Assembly: GCF_009914755.1 (NCBI RefSeq) | Contig: NC_060936.1 | Source of the DNA: the human T2T-CHM13v2.0 reference genome, Homo sapiens | Length of the DNA stretch: 64,000 bases | Strand: one strand, 5' to 3' | Shown here: in pieces, positions 1-12,535 of the stretch | Position numbering within the stretch: position 1 is the stretch's first letter | How the letters are laid out: each line of letters opens with the position of its first letter | Notes under the pieces: generated by a model | Database searches by the model: none | What the model saw: the letters and a program-made list of their open reading frames with translations, nothing else | Told to the model about the DNA's origin: nothing | Translations under genes and position numbers: made by a program

Positions 1-1849
1 TGCAGCTTTTGACATCCAGAAGCCAAATGTCCTCTTGAATTACCACTTATCAATATGAGCATTCTGATCTGTGAATAAAAGCACAGGACAGTAATTATTT
101 CAAAATGAGACTTAAGACATTAAAGTCTAGGGCTCTTTTAGAAGGTAAAATGTTGTGTTTGAGAATACAGACTTTAAAAGTCCTACTTTTTTGTTAGAAC
201 CTCCATTAAAAAATGATACTTCAATCCTGTGTTTTTGTAGCCTGATTTTGGAATTAAGCCCTATGGGATAAAGGCACAAAACAAGGTGAATTGTAAAAAA
301 AATCTTACTTCCAGATATATGTCCATGGGCCTATATTAACTTAAAATACTTACGAATACATGCATTTTCTATGTGGATTATTTCTACATTCAATGATACC
401 AAAAGTTTATATGTTCAGCATTTATAAACCAAATGCCTTTCTTCAAACCAATTTAATAGAATTAGAGTATCAGAGATGTGTGTTTTCTGAGTTGATTGTG
501 AATTTGGCTTAGATAGTCTTGGTAGAAAGTTGCCACCCTCCAATCTTTTTTCCACCTAGCTGAAAACAAGCCAGAACACACCATTTCCCTGGCTACAAAC
601 CATCAGACTCCCCCCATTTCAGTTACAAGGAAGATTATATAGTGATGGGCCAATAGCTCAAATCTCATCTCTGACATTTGGCAGCTGTGTGACCCTTATG
701 TTCTCATCTGAGTACTTGGCGTAATAATACTCCCCCCACAGCATTATTGTAAGTATTGGGAATATAAAGACCAATAAGATTTGATTCATGTTCTTGATAT
801 ATTGTCAAGTCTGACATATTTCATGAAGACTTTTTGATCTTCCTAACCAGACTGTGAACCGAATAAAGCATGGCCCAAGACTTATTCATATTCATACAAC
901 TGGCACCATACATGCCATATGGAAGCATTAATAAATGTGGCTTGAATTGTGTTAAATTACAGCAGAGATAGATTGTCATTTATTTTTCTTTAATATGGCT
1001 CTGTGCATGGTGTAGGCATCCATATGAAAACAGGCGAAGATGGTTCTGTGGTCTGGCTGGGCCCTGTAAAGTGTGTTTAAATCCAGGTTGTTTTTGGTAT
1101 TGCTCTGATGCAGATGACCACTGGCTGAACCCCTCTTTCAGTCATACTGTTCTCTAAAGAGGACAGAATATCCTTACTTGGCATAAAGTACAGTGATATC
1201 ACAGTCTTAAACTTCTGTTCTCATCCTTTCCAAATTGTATCTAGCTCTCTATGACCTAAATCAATACTCATCATAAACTCCAAAATACAACACAAACTTC
1301 CTCTCCCACACCCCTCTACCAGGCTTCTTCTAGAATGTACCCTCTGCTCAATTTAAGTTGATGATAACTAAACCCTATTATTTGCTTTAAATAGGAAAGA
1401 GATAGTATTGAAACAGTCCTTTTTAATTCTGAGTATAAATGTTTCATCAAAACCAAGCAACCTCTACAGCAGTTCATTTTCACACACTCTGAGAATCCAG
1501 TAGAATGAGTAAAGAGATAAATGAATGTTGAACTACACTTTAAAGAAAGGATTAAATCAACCTTTCCAACCCAGTCATCAAGAGGAAAACCATTAATGAT
1601 TTCAGTTTTGAAATATAAACGCAATGCAACATGGGCCCCTAATTATTAGTTTGTTAGAGTTGCTATAACAAAGTATCACAAACTGAATGGCTTGGACGAC
1701 AGAAATTTATTTGCTCATGGATATGGAGACCAGAAGCCTATGATCATAGTATCTACAGGTAGCTTCCTTCTGAGGGCTGTGAGGGGAAGTTTTTTCATGT
1801 CTCTCCCCTAGCTCCTGGTGTTTTTCTGGAATTCTATTACATTCCTTGG

Positions 1850-4073
1850 TGATATGGTTTGGCTGTGTCCCCACCCAAATCTCATCTTGAATTCCCACGT
1901 GTTGTGGGACAGTGACCCGGTGGGAGGTAACTGAGTCATGGGAGCAGGTCTTTCCTGTGCTGTTAATGTGATAATGAACAAGTCTCATGAGATCTGATGG
2001 TTTTAAAAAGGGGTCTTTCCCTGCACAAGCTCTCTTCTCTTGTCTGCTGCCATGTGAGGTGTGCCTTTCACCTTCCACTTCAACTGTGAGACCTCCTCAG
2101 CCATGTGGAACTGTAAGTCTAAGAAACCTCTTTCTTTTGCAAATTGCCCAGACTTGGGTATGTCTTTATCAGCAGCGTGAAAATGGACTAATACAGTAAA
2201 TTGGTACCAGGACTGGAGCATAACTGAAAAGAAAATGTGGAAGCAACGTTGGAACTGAGTATCAGGCAGAGGTTGGAACAGTTTGGAGGGCTCTGAAGAA
2301 GACAGGAAAATGTGGGAAAGTTGGAAACTTCCTAGAGACTTGTTGAATGGCTTTGACAAAAATGCTGATAGTGATATGAACAATAAGGTCCAGGCTGAGG
2401 TGATCTTAGATGGAGATAAGGAACTTGTTGGGAACTGGAGAAAAGGTGATTCTTGTTATGTTTAATGAAGAGGCTGTCAGCATTTTGCCCCTGCCTTAGA
2501 GATTTGTGGAACTTTGAACTTGAGAGAGATGATTTAGGGTATCTGGCAGAAGAAATTTCTAAGCAGCACAGCATTCAAGAGGTGACTTTAGTGCTGTTAA
2601 AGGCATTCATTCTAAAAGAGAAACAGGGCATAAAAGTTTGGAAAATTTGCAGCCCAACAATGTGATAGAAAAGAAAATCCCATTTTCTGAGGAGAAATTC
2701 AAGCCAGCTGCAGAAATTTGCATAAGTAATGAGAAACCAAATGTCAGTCACCAAGACAACGGGAAAAATATCTCCAGGACATGTTAGAGATCTTTGTGGC
2801 AGGCCCTCTCATCAAACACCCCGAGGTTTAGGAGGGAAAAATGGTTTCATGTGCCAGGCCCATGGTCCCTCTGCTGTGTACAGTCTAGGGACTTGGTACC
2901 CTGCATCCCAGCTGCTCCAGTCATGACTAAAAAGGGCCAAGGTACAGCTCTGGCTCTTGCTTAAGAGGGTGCAAGCCCCATGCCTTGGCAGCTTCCACAT
3001 GGTGTTGAGCCTGTGAGTGCACAGAAGTTAAGAATTGAGAGTTGGCAACCCCTGCCTAGATTTCAGAAGATATATGAAAATGCCTAGATTCCCAGGCAGA
3101 AGTTTGCTGCAGACCCCTCATGGAGAACCTCTGCTAGGGCAGTGCAGAAGGGAAATGTGGGGTCAAAGCCCCCACACAGAGTCCCTACTGGGGCACCACC
3201 TAGTGGAGCTGTGATAAGGGGGCCACTGTCCTCCAGACCCCAGAATTGTAGATCCACTGACAGCTTGCACCACGCACCTGGAAAAGCTACAGACACTCAA
3301 TGGCAGCCCATGAAAGCAGCCAGGAAAGAGGTTGTACCCTGCAAAGCCAGAGGGGTGGAGCTGCCCAAAACCATGGGAGCCCACCTGTTGCATCAGTGTG
3401 ACCTGGATGTGAGACATGGAATCAAAATAGATCATTTTAGAGCTTTAAGATTTGGGTACCCCGCTGGATTTCAAATTTGCATGGGACCTGTTGCCCCTTT
3501 GTTTTGGCCAATCTTTCCCATTTGGAACAGCTGCATTTACCAAATGCCTATACCCCCGTTGTATCTAGGAAGTAACTAACTTGCTTTTGTTTTACAGGCT
3601 CATAGGCAGAAGGGACTTGCCTTGTCTCAGATGAGACTTTGGACTGTGGACTTCTGAGTTATTGATGGGAAGGCCTGATTGGTTTGGAAATGTGAGGACA
3701 TGAGATTTGGGAGGAGCCAGTGATAAAATGATATGGTTTGGCTGTGTCCCCCACCCAAATCTCATCTTGAGTTCCCACATGTTATGGGAGGGACCCAGTG
3801 GGAATTTATTGAATAATGGGGGCACGTCTTTCCCATGATGTTCTCATGATATTGAATAAGTCTCATGAGATCTGATGGTTTCAAAAAGGAGAGTTTCCCT
3901 GCACAAGCTGTCTTCTCTTGTCTGCCACCATGTGAGACATGCCTTTCACCTTCCACCATGACTGTAAGGCCTCCCCAGCCACATGGAACTGTAAGTACAG
4001 TAAACCTCTTTCTTTTATATATTGCCCAGTCTCAGATATGTCTTTATCAGCAGTGTGAAAATGGACTAATACA
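1850..4073 (+). mobile_element. Complete THE1A/B-type MaLR provirus: 5' LTR 1850-2195, internal 2196-3728, 3' LTR 3729-4073
   Basis: Both LTRs start TGATATGGTTTGGCTGTGTCCCC and end GGACTAATACA; perfect 5-bp TSD CTTGG at 1845-1849 and 4074-4078; internal region carries MaLR ORF remnants (3142-3579). Confidence 0.95.
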
Positions 4074-4122
4074 CTTGGCATAAATGAACATCGTCCTAGT
4101 CTCTGCCTTTATTCTTACATGG

Positions 4123-4127
<5 letters not shown>

Positions 4128-4163
<36 letters not shown>

Positions 4164-4178
4164 TGTGTGCATGTGTGT
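4128..4178 (+). repeat. (TG)n microsatellite within the MLT1 LTR
   Basis: Pure TG run to about 4162, then degenerate. Confidence 0.95.
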
Positions 4179-4791
4179 CCATGTCCAAATTTCTCCCTTT
4201 TATAAGGACACCAGTGATAATGGATTAGAGGTCCATTCCACTCCAGCATGACTCATCCACACTTAACTTATTAAATTTTCAATTACCCTATTTTAAATAA
4301 GGTCACATTCTGAGGTGCTGGGGATTAGGACTTTAACATATGAATTTGGGGAGGACAAAGTTTACCCATAAGATGGTTAAATACTCCCACAGCTACCTTT
4401 TCTCTTACAAACAGAGACAGCTTCTGTTGCTTCTGTGACATTGAAACACATATGGCAAGGAGGCTTCAGTTCAAGACTAAGAAATCCCCAGAAGTTAAGA
4501 AGTTAAGAGAATATGACATAAAAACAAAGAGAATAGGAGTATATTTTAACAAGCTTACAAAGAAGACAACCACAATGACTAAGAGAATCCATGTAGAAGA
4601 ATTTTTGCCACTTGCAGCTGCCCCCAAGGGGTCCACTCACTGAGCTTTGAGTGCCTGACACACTACTATGGAATGAATTTAGTAAACTAATGAATGACTA
4701 GGGCAATCTTGCTTGACATCTCAGGCTTATTTGCTTTAATTGTTCATTTGCTCCATCATGACACAACACTGATATTTTTTGGCTTACATGG

Positions 4792-7552
4792 TAATATGGT
4801 TTGACTCTGTCCCCACCCAAATTCCAGGATGAATTGTAATCTCCAATGTTCGGGGAGGGACCAGGTGGGAGATGATGAATCTTGGGGTCAAATTTCTGAT
4901 TGTTTTTCTTGTGATAGTGAGTTCTCAAGAGATCTGGTTGTTTGAAAGTGTGTAGCACTTCCCCATCTTTGCTCTCTCTCTCCTGCCAGCCATGTGAAGA
5001 TGTACTTTCTTCCTGTTCACCTTCAACCATGATTATAAGTTTCCTAAGGCCTCCCCAGAAGCAGAAGCCTATACAGCCCATAGAAGCATAAGCCAATTAA
5101 ACTTCTTTTCTTTATAAATTACCCATTCTCAGGTATGTTTTTAGAGCAATATGAGAATAAACTCATACAGAAAACTGATACCAGAGAAGTGGGGCATTGC
5201 TATAAAGATACCTGAAAATATAGAAGCAACTGTGGAACTGAGTAATAGGCAGAGGTTGAACAGTTTGAAGAGCTCAGAAGAAGAAAGGAAGATGAGGGCA
5301 AGTTTGGAACTTCCTAGAGACTTGTAGAATAGTAGTGACCAAATGCTGATAGTGATTTGGACAGTGAAGTCCAGGCTGAGGAGGTCTCAGATGGAGATGA
5401 GAAACTTATTGAAAACTGGAGTAAGGTCACTGTTGCTATACTTTAGCAAAAAGACTTGCAGATTTTCCCCCTGCTCTAGGGATCTGTGGAAGTTTAAACT
5501 TCAGAGAGATGAATGAGGGTATCAGGAAGAAGAAAATTCTAAGCCGCAAATCTTTCAAGATTTGGCCTGGATGCTTCTAACAGCATGCATTCATATGTGT
5601 GTATAGATAGATTATCTGAGACTAGAACTTATATTTAAAAGGAAATCAAAGCATACAAGTTTGGAAAATTTTCAGCCTGACCTCATGGTAGAAAAGAATA
5701 ACCTATTTTCTGGGGAGGAAATTGGGGGAAAATGGTTTTGTGGGCCAGGCCCAGCGCCTTGCTGTTCTGTATAGTCTCAAAACGTGGAGCCCTGCATCCC
5801 AGCCCTTCCAGCTCCAGCTGTAGCTAAAAAGGCCCCAGATATGTCTCAGGCCACTGCTCCAGATGGTGCAAGCCAAAAACCTTGGCAGCTTCCACATGGT
5901 GTTAAGCATGTGGGTGCACAGAGGGCAAGAGTTGAGGCTTGGCAGGCTTTGCCTAGATTTCAGAGGATGTGTGAAAACATATGGATGTCCAGGCAGAAGT
6001 CTTCTGCAGGACTGGAGCCCTCGTGGAGAACCTCTACTAGGGCAGTGAGGAGGGGAAATGTGGAGTTGGAGCCCCCACATAAAATCTCCACTGGGGCACT
6101 GCGTAGTGAAGCTGTGAGAAGACAGCCACTTTCCTCTAGACCCCAGAATGGTAGATCCACTAACAGCTTGTACCATGTGCCTGGAAAAGCCACAGGCACT
6201 CAACACCAGCCTGTGAAAGCAGCCAGGAGGGCTGCAACCTGCAGAGCCACAGGGGTGGAGCAGCACCTGGCTTTGGGAGCCCATCCCTTGCATCAGTGTT
6301 GCACGGATGTGAGACATGGAGTCAAAAGAGATTATTTTGGAGCTTTAAGATTTAATAACTGTCTTCTTGGGTTTCAAACTAGCATGGGGCCTGTAGCCCC
6401 TTTGTTTTGGCAAATTTCTCTGTTTGAGAAATGTAATATTTACCCAATGCCTGTACCCCCATTGTATCTTGGAAGTAAGTAATTTGGTTTTGAATTCACA
6501 GGCTCATAGGCAGAAGGGACTTGCCCTGTCTCAGATGAGACTTTGGATTCAGACTTTTGAGTTAATTCTGGAATGAGTTCAGATTTTGGGGGACTGTTGG
6601 GAAGGCATGATTGTGTTTTGAAATGTGATAAGGACATGAGATTTGGGAGAGGCCGGGGTGGAATGATATGGTTTAGCTCTGTGTCCCCACCCAAATCTCA
6701 TATTGAATTGTAATCCCTAATGTTGGGAAAGGGACCTGGTGGGAAGTGATTAGATCATGGAGGTGGATTTCCCACTTATTGTTCTCAGGATAGTGAGTTA
6801 TCATTCATGAGATGCAGTTGTTTGAAAGTATGTAGTATTTCCTGCCACCTCCCCGCCCCCCGCCTTTTGCTCTCTCCCTCTCTTGCTGGCAATTTGAAGA
6901 TGTGATTGTTTCCCCTTCACCTTCCATCATGATTATAAGTTTCCTGAGGCCTCCCCAGAAGCAGAAGCCTCTACAGCCCATAGAACTGTGAGACAATAAA
7001 ACCTCTTTTCTTTATAAATTACCCATTCTCAGATGTGTTTTTATAGCAAGGTGAGACTGTTATAGAATAAGCTATAAAATTTGAATTCAAGTTTAAAACT
7101 GTTATACAGATTGGATTGCAATTTTAAATATCTGAAACTTGAGAATATTTGTTGATTTAAGAATAGCCTGGAAAAATTGAGTCAGCTCAAGATTTTATCT
7201 AAGTGCATTTAAGAACAACTCAATAGAATGGGTATAAAAAGGAAATAGTGGCAAAGAACAAATGTACTTTCTGCTTACAATTTACTGAGTCAATGCCTTT
7301 AATCAACTACTTACAGTGACACGGGAGCATTTGGTATGCATAAAAATTGCAAATATTTTGTAAGACTGAAAATAGCCATATAAAAGCTATATTATATATG
7401 TATACATACTTGCTAAGGAATATATAGGTGGAGGTGGAGCATATGATCAGATTTGCCTTTTAGAATATCATTCCTTAAGAAGTATGAAGTAAAATTGAAA
7501 GAAGTTATATCTCAAAGTAGAATGACCAGTCAGAAGGCTATAGACCAATACA
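4792..7552 (+). mobile_element. Complete MSTA-like (MSTA/THE1D-type) MaLR provirus: 5' LTR 4792-5169, internal 5170-6663, 3' LTR 6664-7056 plus 7540-7552 (interrupted)
   Basis: LTR pair with 'cctccccagaagcagaagcc...acagcccatagaa' typical of MST; internal region is homologous to the neighbouring THE1-int with a deletion near 5722; TSD CATGG (4787-4791) / TATGG (7553-7557). Confidence 0.88.
7064..7539. repeat. Left arm (derived copy) of a 476-bp inverted repeat
   Basis: Reverse complement of 8507-8983; manual alignment gives 10 substitutions and 1 single-base indel. Confidence 0.97.
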
Positions 7553-7674
7553 TATGGCAACTCAACATATGTAGAATGTCACAAGTAAGTTAATATCTCC
7601 CAAATATTTGGTTCAGTGCCTTGGGCATTTACAGTCATGATCTTGTTCAACTACCATCTAAGAGCTAATAACTT

Positions 7675-8150
7675 GTATATTAGTTTTGACTATATTCCTC
7701 TCTCAACAATATAAAATATTGTAAATAATGGATTAAGTACTTATAGATTTATTTATCTCATCAATAATCTCATCAATAATGGATTAATTACTTATGGATT
7801 TATTTATCCTGTAAAGAAGAAACACTGAGTTAATCAATTTAGGGTGTTTTAGTGATATCAACAGAGATTATGTCTCTTTCCATTTTTCTTTTCTTCTAAG
7901 CCCAGCTTGCAGGCTATTGTCCTTCTTCTCTTGCCAATGGATACAAAATAGCTGCTGAATCTGCAGATCTTATGATCTCATTCCAGGTAGGAGAAGGAAA
8001 GGGGAAGTAGCAAAGGGCAGAAGGACAAAGGAAATGACAACCATCTTTCTCAATCAATTACACTTTCCTGAATCCCTTACCCAGCGAATTTCCAATTACA
8101 TCTCATTAGGACTATGTCCTATGACATCCATAGCTTTGGTAGGTAAAAGC
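7675..8150 (-). mobile_element. Ancient LTR relic (LTR33/old MaLR-like)
   Basis: 'caaaatagctgctgaatctgcagatc...cattccaggtaggagaagg...ttacatctcattagg' resembles LTR33-type motifs; highly diverged. Confidence 0.5.
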
Positions 8151-8189
8151 AAATGCAATTATATTTTCAACTTTTATCACTGTCTTGAA

Positions 8190-8612
8190 TTTTCCCTTGG
8201 ACTTCTAATCTGTATAGCTAGCTCCACCTGAATATCCCAGGGGCAACTCCAGCACCACAAATCTAATACAAACTGAATTCTCCTTCTATCCACATTTCTT
8301 CTCCTTAGATGTTCTCCAATCTAGTAAACATCTTAAGACAGAATTCTTGGTATGAGCTCAAATCTTCTTTCCACACACTATATTTAATTGATAATCAAGC
8401 CATGTCTTCTGCCTCCCAAATATTGCCTGAATTTTCTCTTTCTTTCTAATTCAAAATTTTTTAACTTAGTTTTGGCTCTTGTAGCTCTTGCTTAGAAAAT
8501 TGCAACAGCCTTCTGACTGGTCATTCTACTCTGAGACATAACTTCTTTCAATTTTACCTCATACTTCTTAAGGAATGATATTCTAAAAGGCAAATCTGGT
8601 CATGTGCTCCAC
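8190..8612 (+). mobile_element. L2 fragment
   Basis: 'ttgcaacagccttctgactggtc...ttctaaaaggcaaatctggtcatgtgctcc' is typical L2 3' sequence. Confidence 0.65.
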
Positions 8613-8983
8613 TTCCACCTATATACTCCTTAGCAAGTATGTATACATATATACATATAGCTTTTATATGGCTATTTTCAGTCTTACAAAATATTTGCAA
8701 TTTTTATGCATACCAAATGCTCCCGTGTCACTGTAAGTAGTTGATTAAAGGCATTGACTCAGTAAATTATAAGCAGAAAGTACATTTGTTCTTTGCCACT
8801 ATTTCCTTTTTATACCCATTCTATTGAGTTGTTCTTAAATGCACTTAGATAAAATCTTGAGCTGACTCAATTTTTCCAGGCTATTCTTAAATCAACAAAT
8901 ATTCTCAAGTTTCAGATATTTAAAATTGCAATCCAATCTGTATAACAGTTTTAATCTTGAATTCAAATTTTAAAGCTTATTCT
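8507..8983. repeat. Right arm (donor copy) of the inverted repeat
   Basis: Reverse complement of 7064-7539; its inner end is continuous with the L2 relic to its left. Confidence 0.97.
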
Positions 8984-9639
8984 TTTTCCAGTAAGGAGTT
9001 TTGTGATTATTGTTAGACCAACTCTACCTACACTATGAAGGATAAATATTTACAGTTTTTTGATTCAGGATATGTCTCCCATGGATAGCCCTTGCAACAT
9101 GGTTCTTGATCACTAAATCCCACACTTCTACCTCAGAAATTATTTCTGTTAGGATTATCTCTCAACCCCAACTGGACCACTGGGGTAGGACCAATTTCAA
9201 GACTCAATTTTGGCTCTCTTCTGTAGGTTTTGTATCTCTACTCCATGGGATATACTTGACTTTTCCCCAGGTGTGGTGAAGGAGATGTTTATTTCCTCTG
9301 TAATTCTTTCCTCCCACTCTACAACTGGGCACATCTTCAGCCAGCTTCTTGCCTTTAAATATTTTTATTTTCAGTATGAGTTAGGTTCCAGTCCTTATGT
9401 TACTCAAATGCTAGGGAACACCTCTTGAGATTTCGAATGGTTTTCTGAAGAAAATGGTAGGAAAACTACCTACTTAACTGGGGTCTGGGGATAGATTTCC
9501 TACTCTATATTCCAGCCCTAGTGTTAAAATGAAGAAACTGAAAAGCATAGATGTAACATTTTCCAAAAACATTTATTCTATTCTACCAACCTCTTAATAA
9601 AGTTTTGATTCCCATTGTATAGTTTGGAGGAGAATGAGA

Positions 9640-9960
9640 AGCTATGTCAGTCTATGTCTGACATACTAACAAATCCATCCTGAAGACTCAGAAGCTTAAT
9701 AGAACAAATGCATCTCTCACTTATGATTTATGTCTAATACCAATCAGCTGGAGACCCTGACCTACACAGCTACTCCAAGACCCAAGCAGATAGAGATTTA
9801 ACCACTTGGTGGCTCTTTCATTTCAAAATGTGTCTGCAGATTCTCTACAGCAGGAAAAGACATAAAGTACCCCATTGCCTTAATCAGGAAGTGACAAATG
9901 TCTCTTTTTCTTCTGATCACAGTTCATTGACAAGAACTACTCATACTCTGAGTATGACAT
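9640..9960 (-). mobile_element. Old MaLR LTR relic (MLT1J/K/L-like)
   Basis: 'ggaagtgacaaatgtc...tcattgacaagaactactcat' resembles the MLT1K/L motif ggaagtgacacacgtcacttc...cattggccagaactagtcacat. Confidence 0.45.
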
Positions 9961-10184
9961 ATCTGAATATGATGTATGAGTATGACACATCTGAGATATG
10001 TGTCTTTTCAATGTCTAGGGAGGAAAATACCACTAATAATCTCACCACAAAGACTAATAGTGGCCAAGCTGGTAGCCCATTGTGAGTCCAAACACCTATT
10101 TTAGAATGTGCAGGGTTTTGACACCTATTATCCTCAGCACAGAAACATCATCCAAAATCCAGAAAAGAAAAGGCATATCTAAAT

Positions 10185-10530
10185 TGCCATCATCACTACC
10201 ATTACACTTTGGGGCCTTTATTAAATAAAGCAAGGGTTACCTTAACACAAGCACTGCAATACTGCAATAGTCAATCTAATAACCAAGACAGCTACTAAGT
10301 GACTAATAGATGGGTGCTCTATATGGCATGGATATGGTGAACACAGAAATGATTCACATCCCAGGCAGGAAAGAGTGGGACAGCACAATATTTTATCACA
10401 CTACTCTGAATGGCATGCAATTTTAAACTTATAAATTATTTATTTCTGGAATTCTTTATTCAGTATTTTGGACTGCAGTTGATCACTTTACGTGAAATCA
10501 TGAAAAGTGAAACCACAAAGTGGAGCTATT
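10185..10530 (-). mobile_element. MER44 (Tigger7-derived) DNA transposon fragment
   Basis: 'aagggttaccttaacacaagcactgc...cagctactaagtgactaa...tttaaacttataaattatttatttctggaatt' matches the MER44 reverse strand up to its terminus. Confidence 0.8.
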
Positions 10531-10539
10531 TTATTTTTT

Positions 10540-12535
10540 TAAATGGCTGAAACCTTCCAAAACTTATTGAAAAATATTAATCTATAGATCTCAGACTCAA
10601 TGAATTCTAATTCTAAGTAGGATAAACTTTAGAGATTCACAATTAGACACTTCATAACCAAACTGTCAAAGATGAATACAAAAACAATTTTTAATGGAGC
10701 AAAATAAGTGATTCATCACGTGCAAAACATCTTTAATAAGATTGACAACCAATTCCTCATCAACCAAGAATTCTATTTCCAGCAAAATTATCCTTCAAAA
10801 ATGATGGAGAAATTAAGACATTCCAATATAAAACAAAACCGAGAAAATGTGTTACTATCAAACCTACCTTACAAGAAATACTAAGGAGTTAATATTATAT
10901 TATTTCAGGCTGAAATAAAAGGACACAAGACAGGAACTTTACACATGGAGAAACATGAAGACCAATAAAGTTAACTCCATAGATAAACATAAAAACAACT
11001 TGAATACATTTATTTTTGTAACCCTTTTTTTCTTATCTGATTTAAAATGCAATTACAAGCAATAATTATAACTCTAAGTTGATGGGCACAGAATGTTGAA
11101 AGATGTCATTTGTATGATAATAATAACTCAAAGGAGGAAGGAGAAACAAAGCTCTACAAGAACAAAGTTTTGTATATAATTGAAATTAAATTGGTATTAA
11201 ACTAAACTAGATCATTAAAAATTGAAATGTTAATTGCAATCCCCAGGGCACCAATAAAAAATAATGCAAAATAATATAGTAAAGAAATGACAAAGGTATG
11301 GAAATGGTACACTAGAAAATACATATTTAGTACAGAGAGGCAGAAATAGAGAAATTGAAGAACAAAAAAGATGTGACATATAGAAAAATGGCAAAATGGC
11401 AGACATTACTTCTACCTTATCAAACGATTACATTAAATATAAATAAATTAAATTCTCAAATCAAAAGGCAGAGATCAGCAGAGAGGATAAAATGTTCCAA
11501 ATGTATGCCATCTATAAGAGATACAATTTATACTCAAAACTAAAAATAAGTTGAAAGTGAAATGATGAAAAATATATACCATGTAAACTGACCTAAAGGA
11601 AACTGGAGTAGCTATAATACCAATATTGAAAACAAACTTTAGAACAAAATTGTTACAAGAAACAAAGAGGAACATTTTATAATGGTAAAGGTTCAGTACA
11701 TTAAAAAAATAACAATTACAAACATATGTATCTAACAAGAGTGCCTCAAATTACACGTATCCAAGACTGACGGAAACGGAGGAAGAAAAGGATAATTCAA
11801 TAATAATAATTGGAGACTTCAGTACCCCATTTTTTTTTTGAGACAGAGTCTCGTTCTGTCACCCAGCCTGTAGTGAAATGATGTGCTCTTGGCTCTCTGC
11901 AACCTCCGACTTTCAGGTTCAAGTGATTCTCCTGCCTCAGCCTCCTGAGTAGCTGTGATTACAGGTGCCCACCACCACATCTGGCTAATTTTTTTGTATT
12001 TTTAGGAGAGACGGGATTTCACCAGGTTGGCCAGGCTGGTCTGGAACCCCTGACCTCAAGTGATCCACCTGCCTCAGCCTGCCAAATTGTTGGAATTACA
12101 GGTGTGAGCCATCGCACCTGGCCGTGTACCCCATTTTTAATAATGGGTGGAAATAGACAAACACCAATAAGTAAATAGAATATTTAAACACCATAAAACA
12201 ACTAAACCCAATAGATATCTATAGAACACTACACCAAACAACAACAGAATATACTTTCTTCACAAGATAATTTAATTTTAAAATGGGCAAAGGATCTGAA
12301 CAAATATTCCTCAAAAGAAGAAATACAAATGGACAAAAAGCATGTGAAAAGATACCTAACATCATTAGTCATTAAGGAGTGCAAATCAAAACCACAATTA
12401 GGTAACACTTCTCACTTGAATGGCTATAATAAAAAAGACAGACAACTACAAGTGTTGGTAAGAATATGAAGAAATGAGAAACTTTATATACTTCTGGTGG
12501 CATGTAAAATGGTTGAGTCATTTTGGAAAACAGTC
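10540..12535 (+). mobile_element. Old L1M fragment (ORF1 end, ORF2 endonuclease start, internal deletion near 12265, ORF2 end)
   Basis: 'aagaattctatttccagcaaaattatccttcaaaaatga', 'ataattggagacttcagtacccc' (IGDF motif), 'gcaaatcaaaaccacaat'. Confidence 0.85.
11835..12123 (-). mobile_element. AluS (Sx/Sz-like) inserted in L1M
   Basis: Dimeric Alu on the reverse strand; TSD GTACCCCATTTTT at 11822-11834 and 12126-12138. Confidence 0.95.

Larger units (their letters stand above)
1643..4372 (-). mobile_element. MLT1C-like MaLR solo LTR split in two (about 1643-1849 and 4074-4372) by a THE1 provirus
   Basis: 'tattagtttgttagagttgctataacaaagtatcacaaactg...' and 'ttataaggacaccagtg...aataaggtcacattctgaggtgctggggattaggac' resemble the reverse strand of MLT1A-C; the halves join across the CTTGG duplication. 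Confidence 0.8.

Noticed and set aside
5703-6317. 204-aa ORF on the - strand
   Set aside because: Antisense shadow of the GC-rich MaLR internal region.
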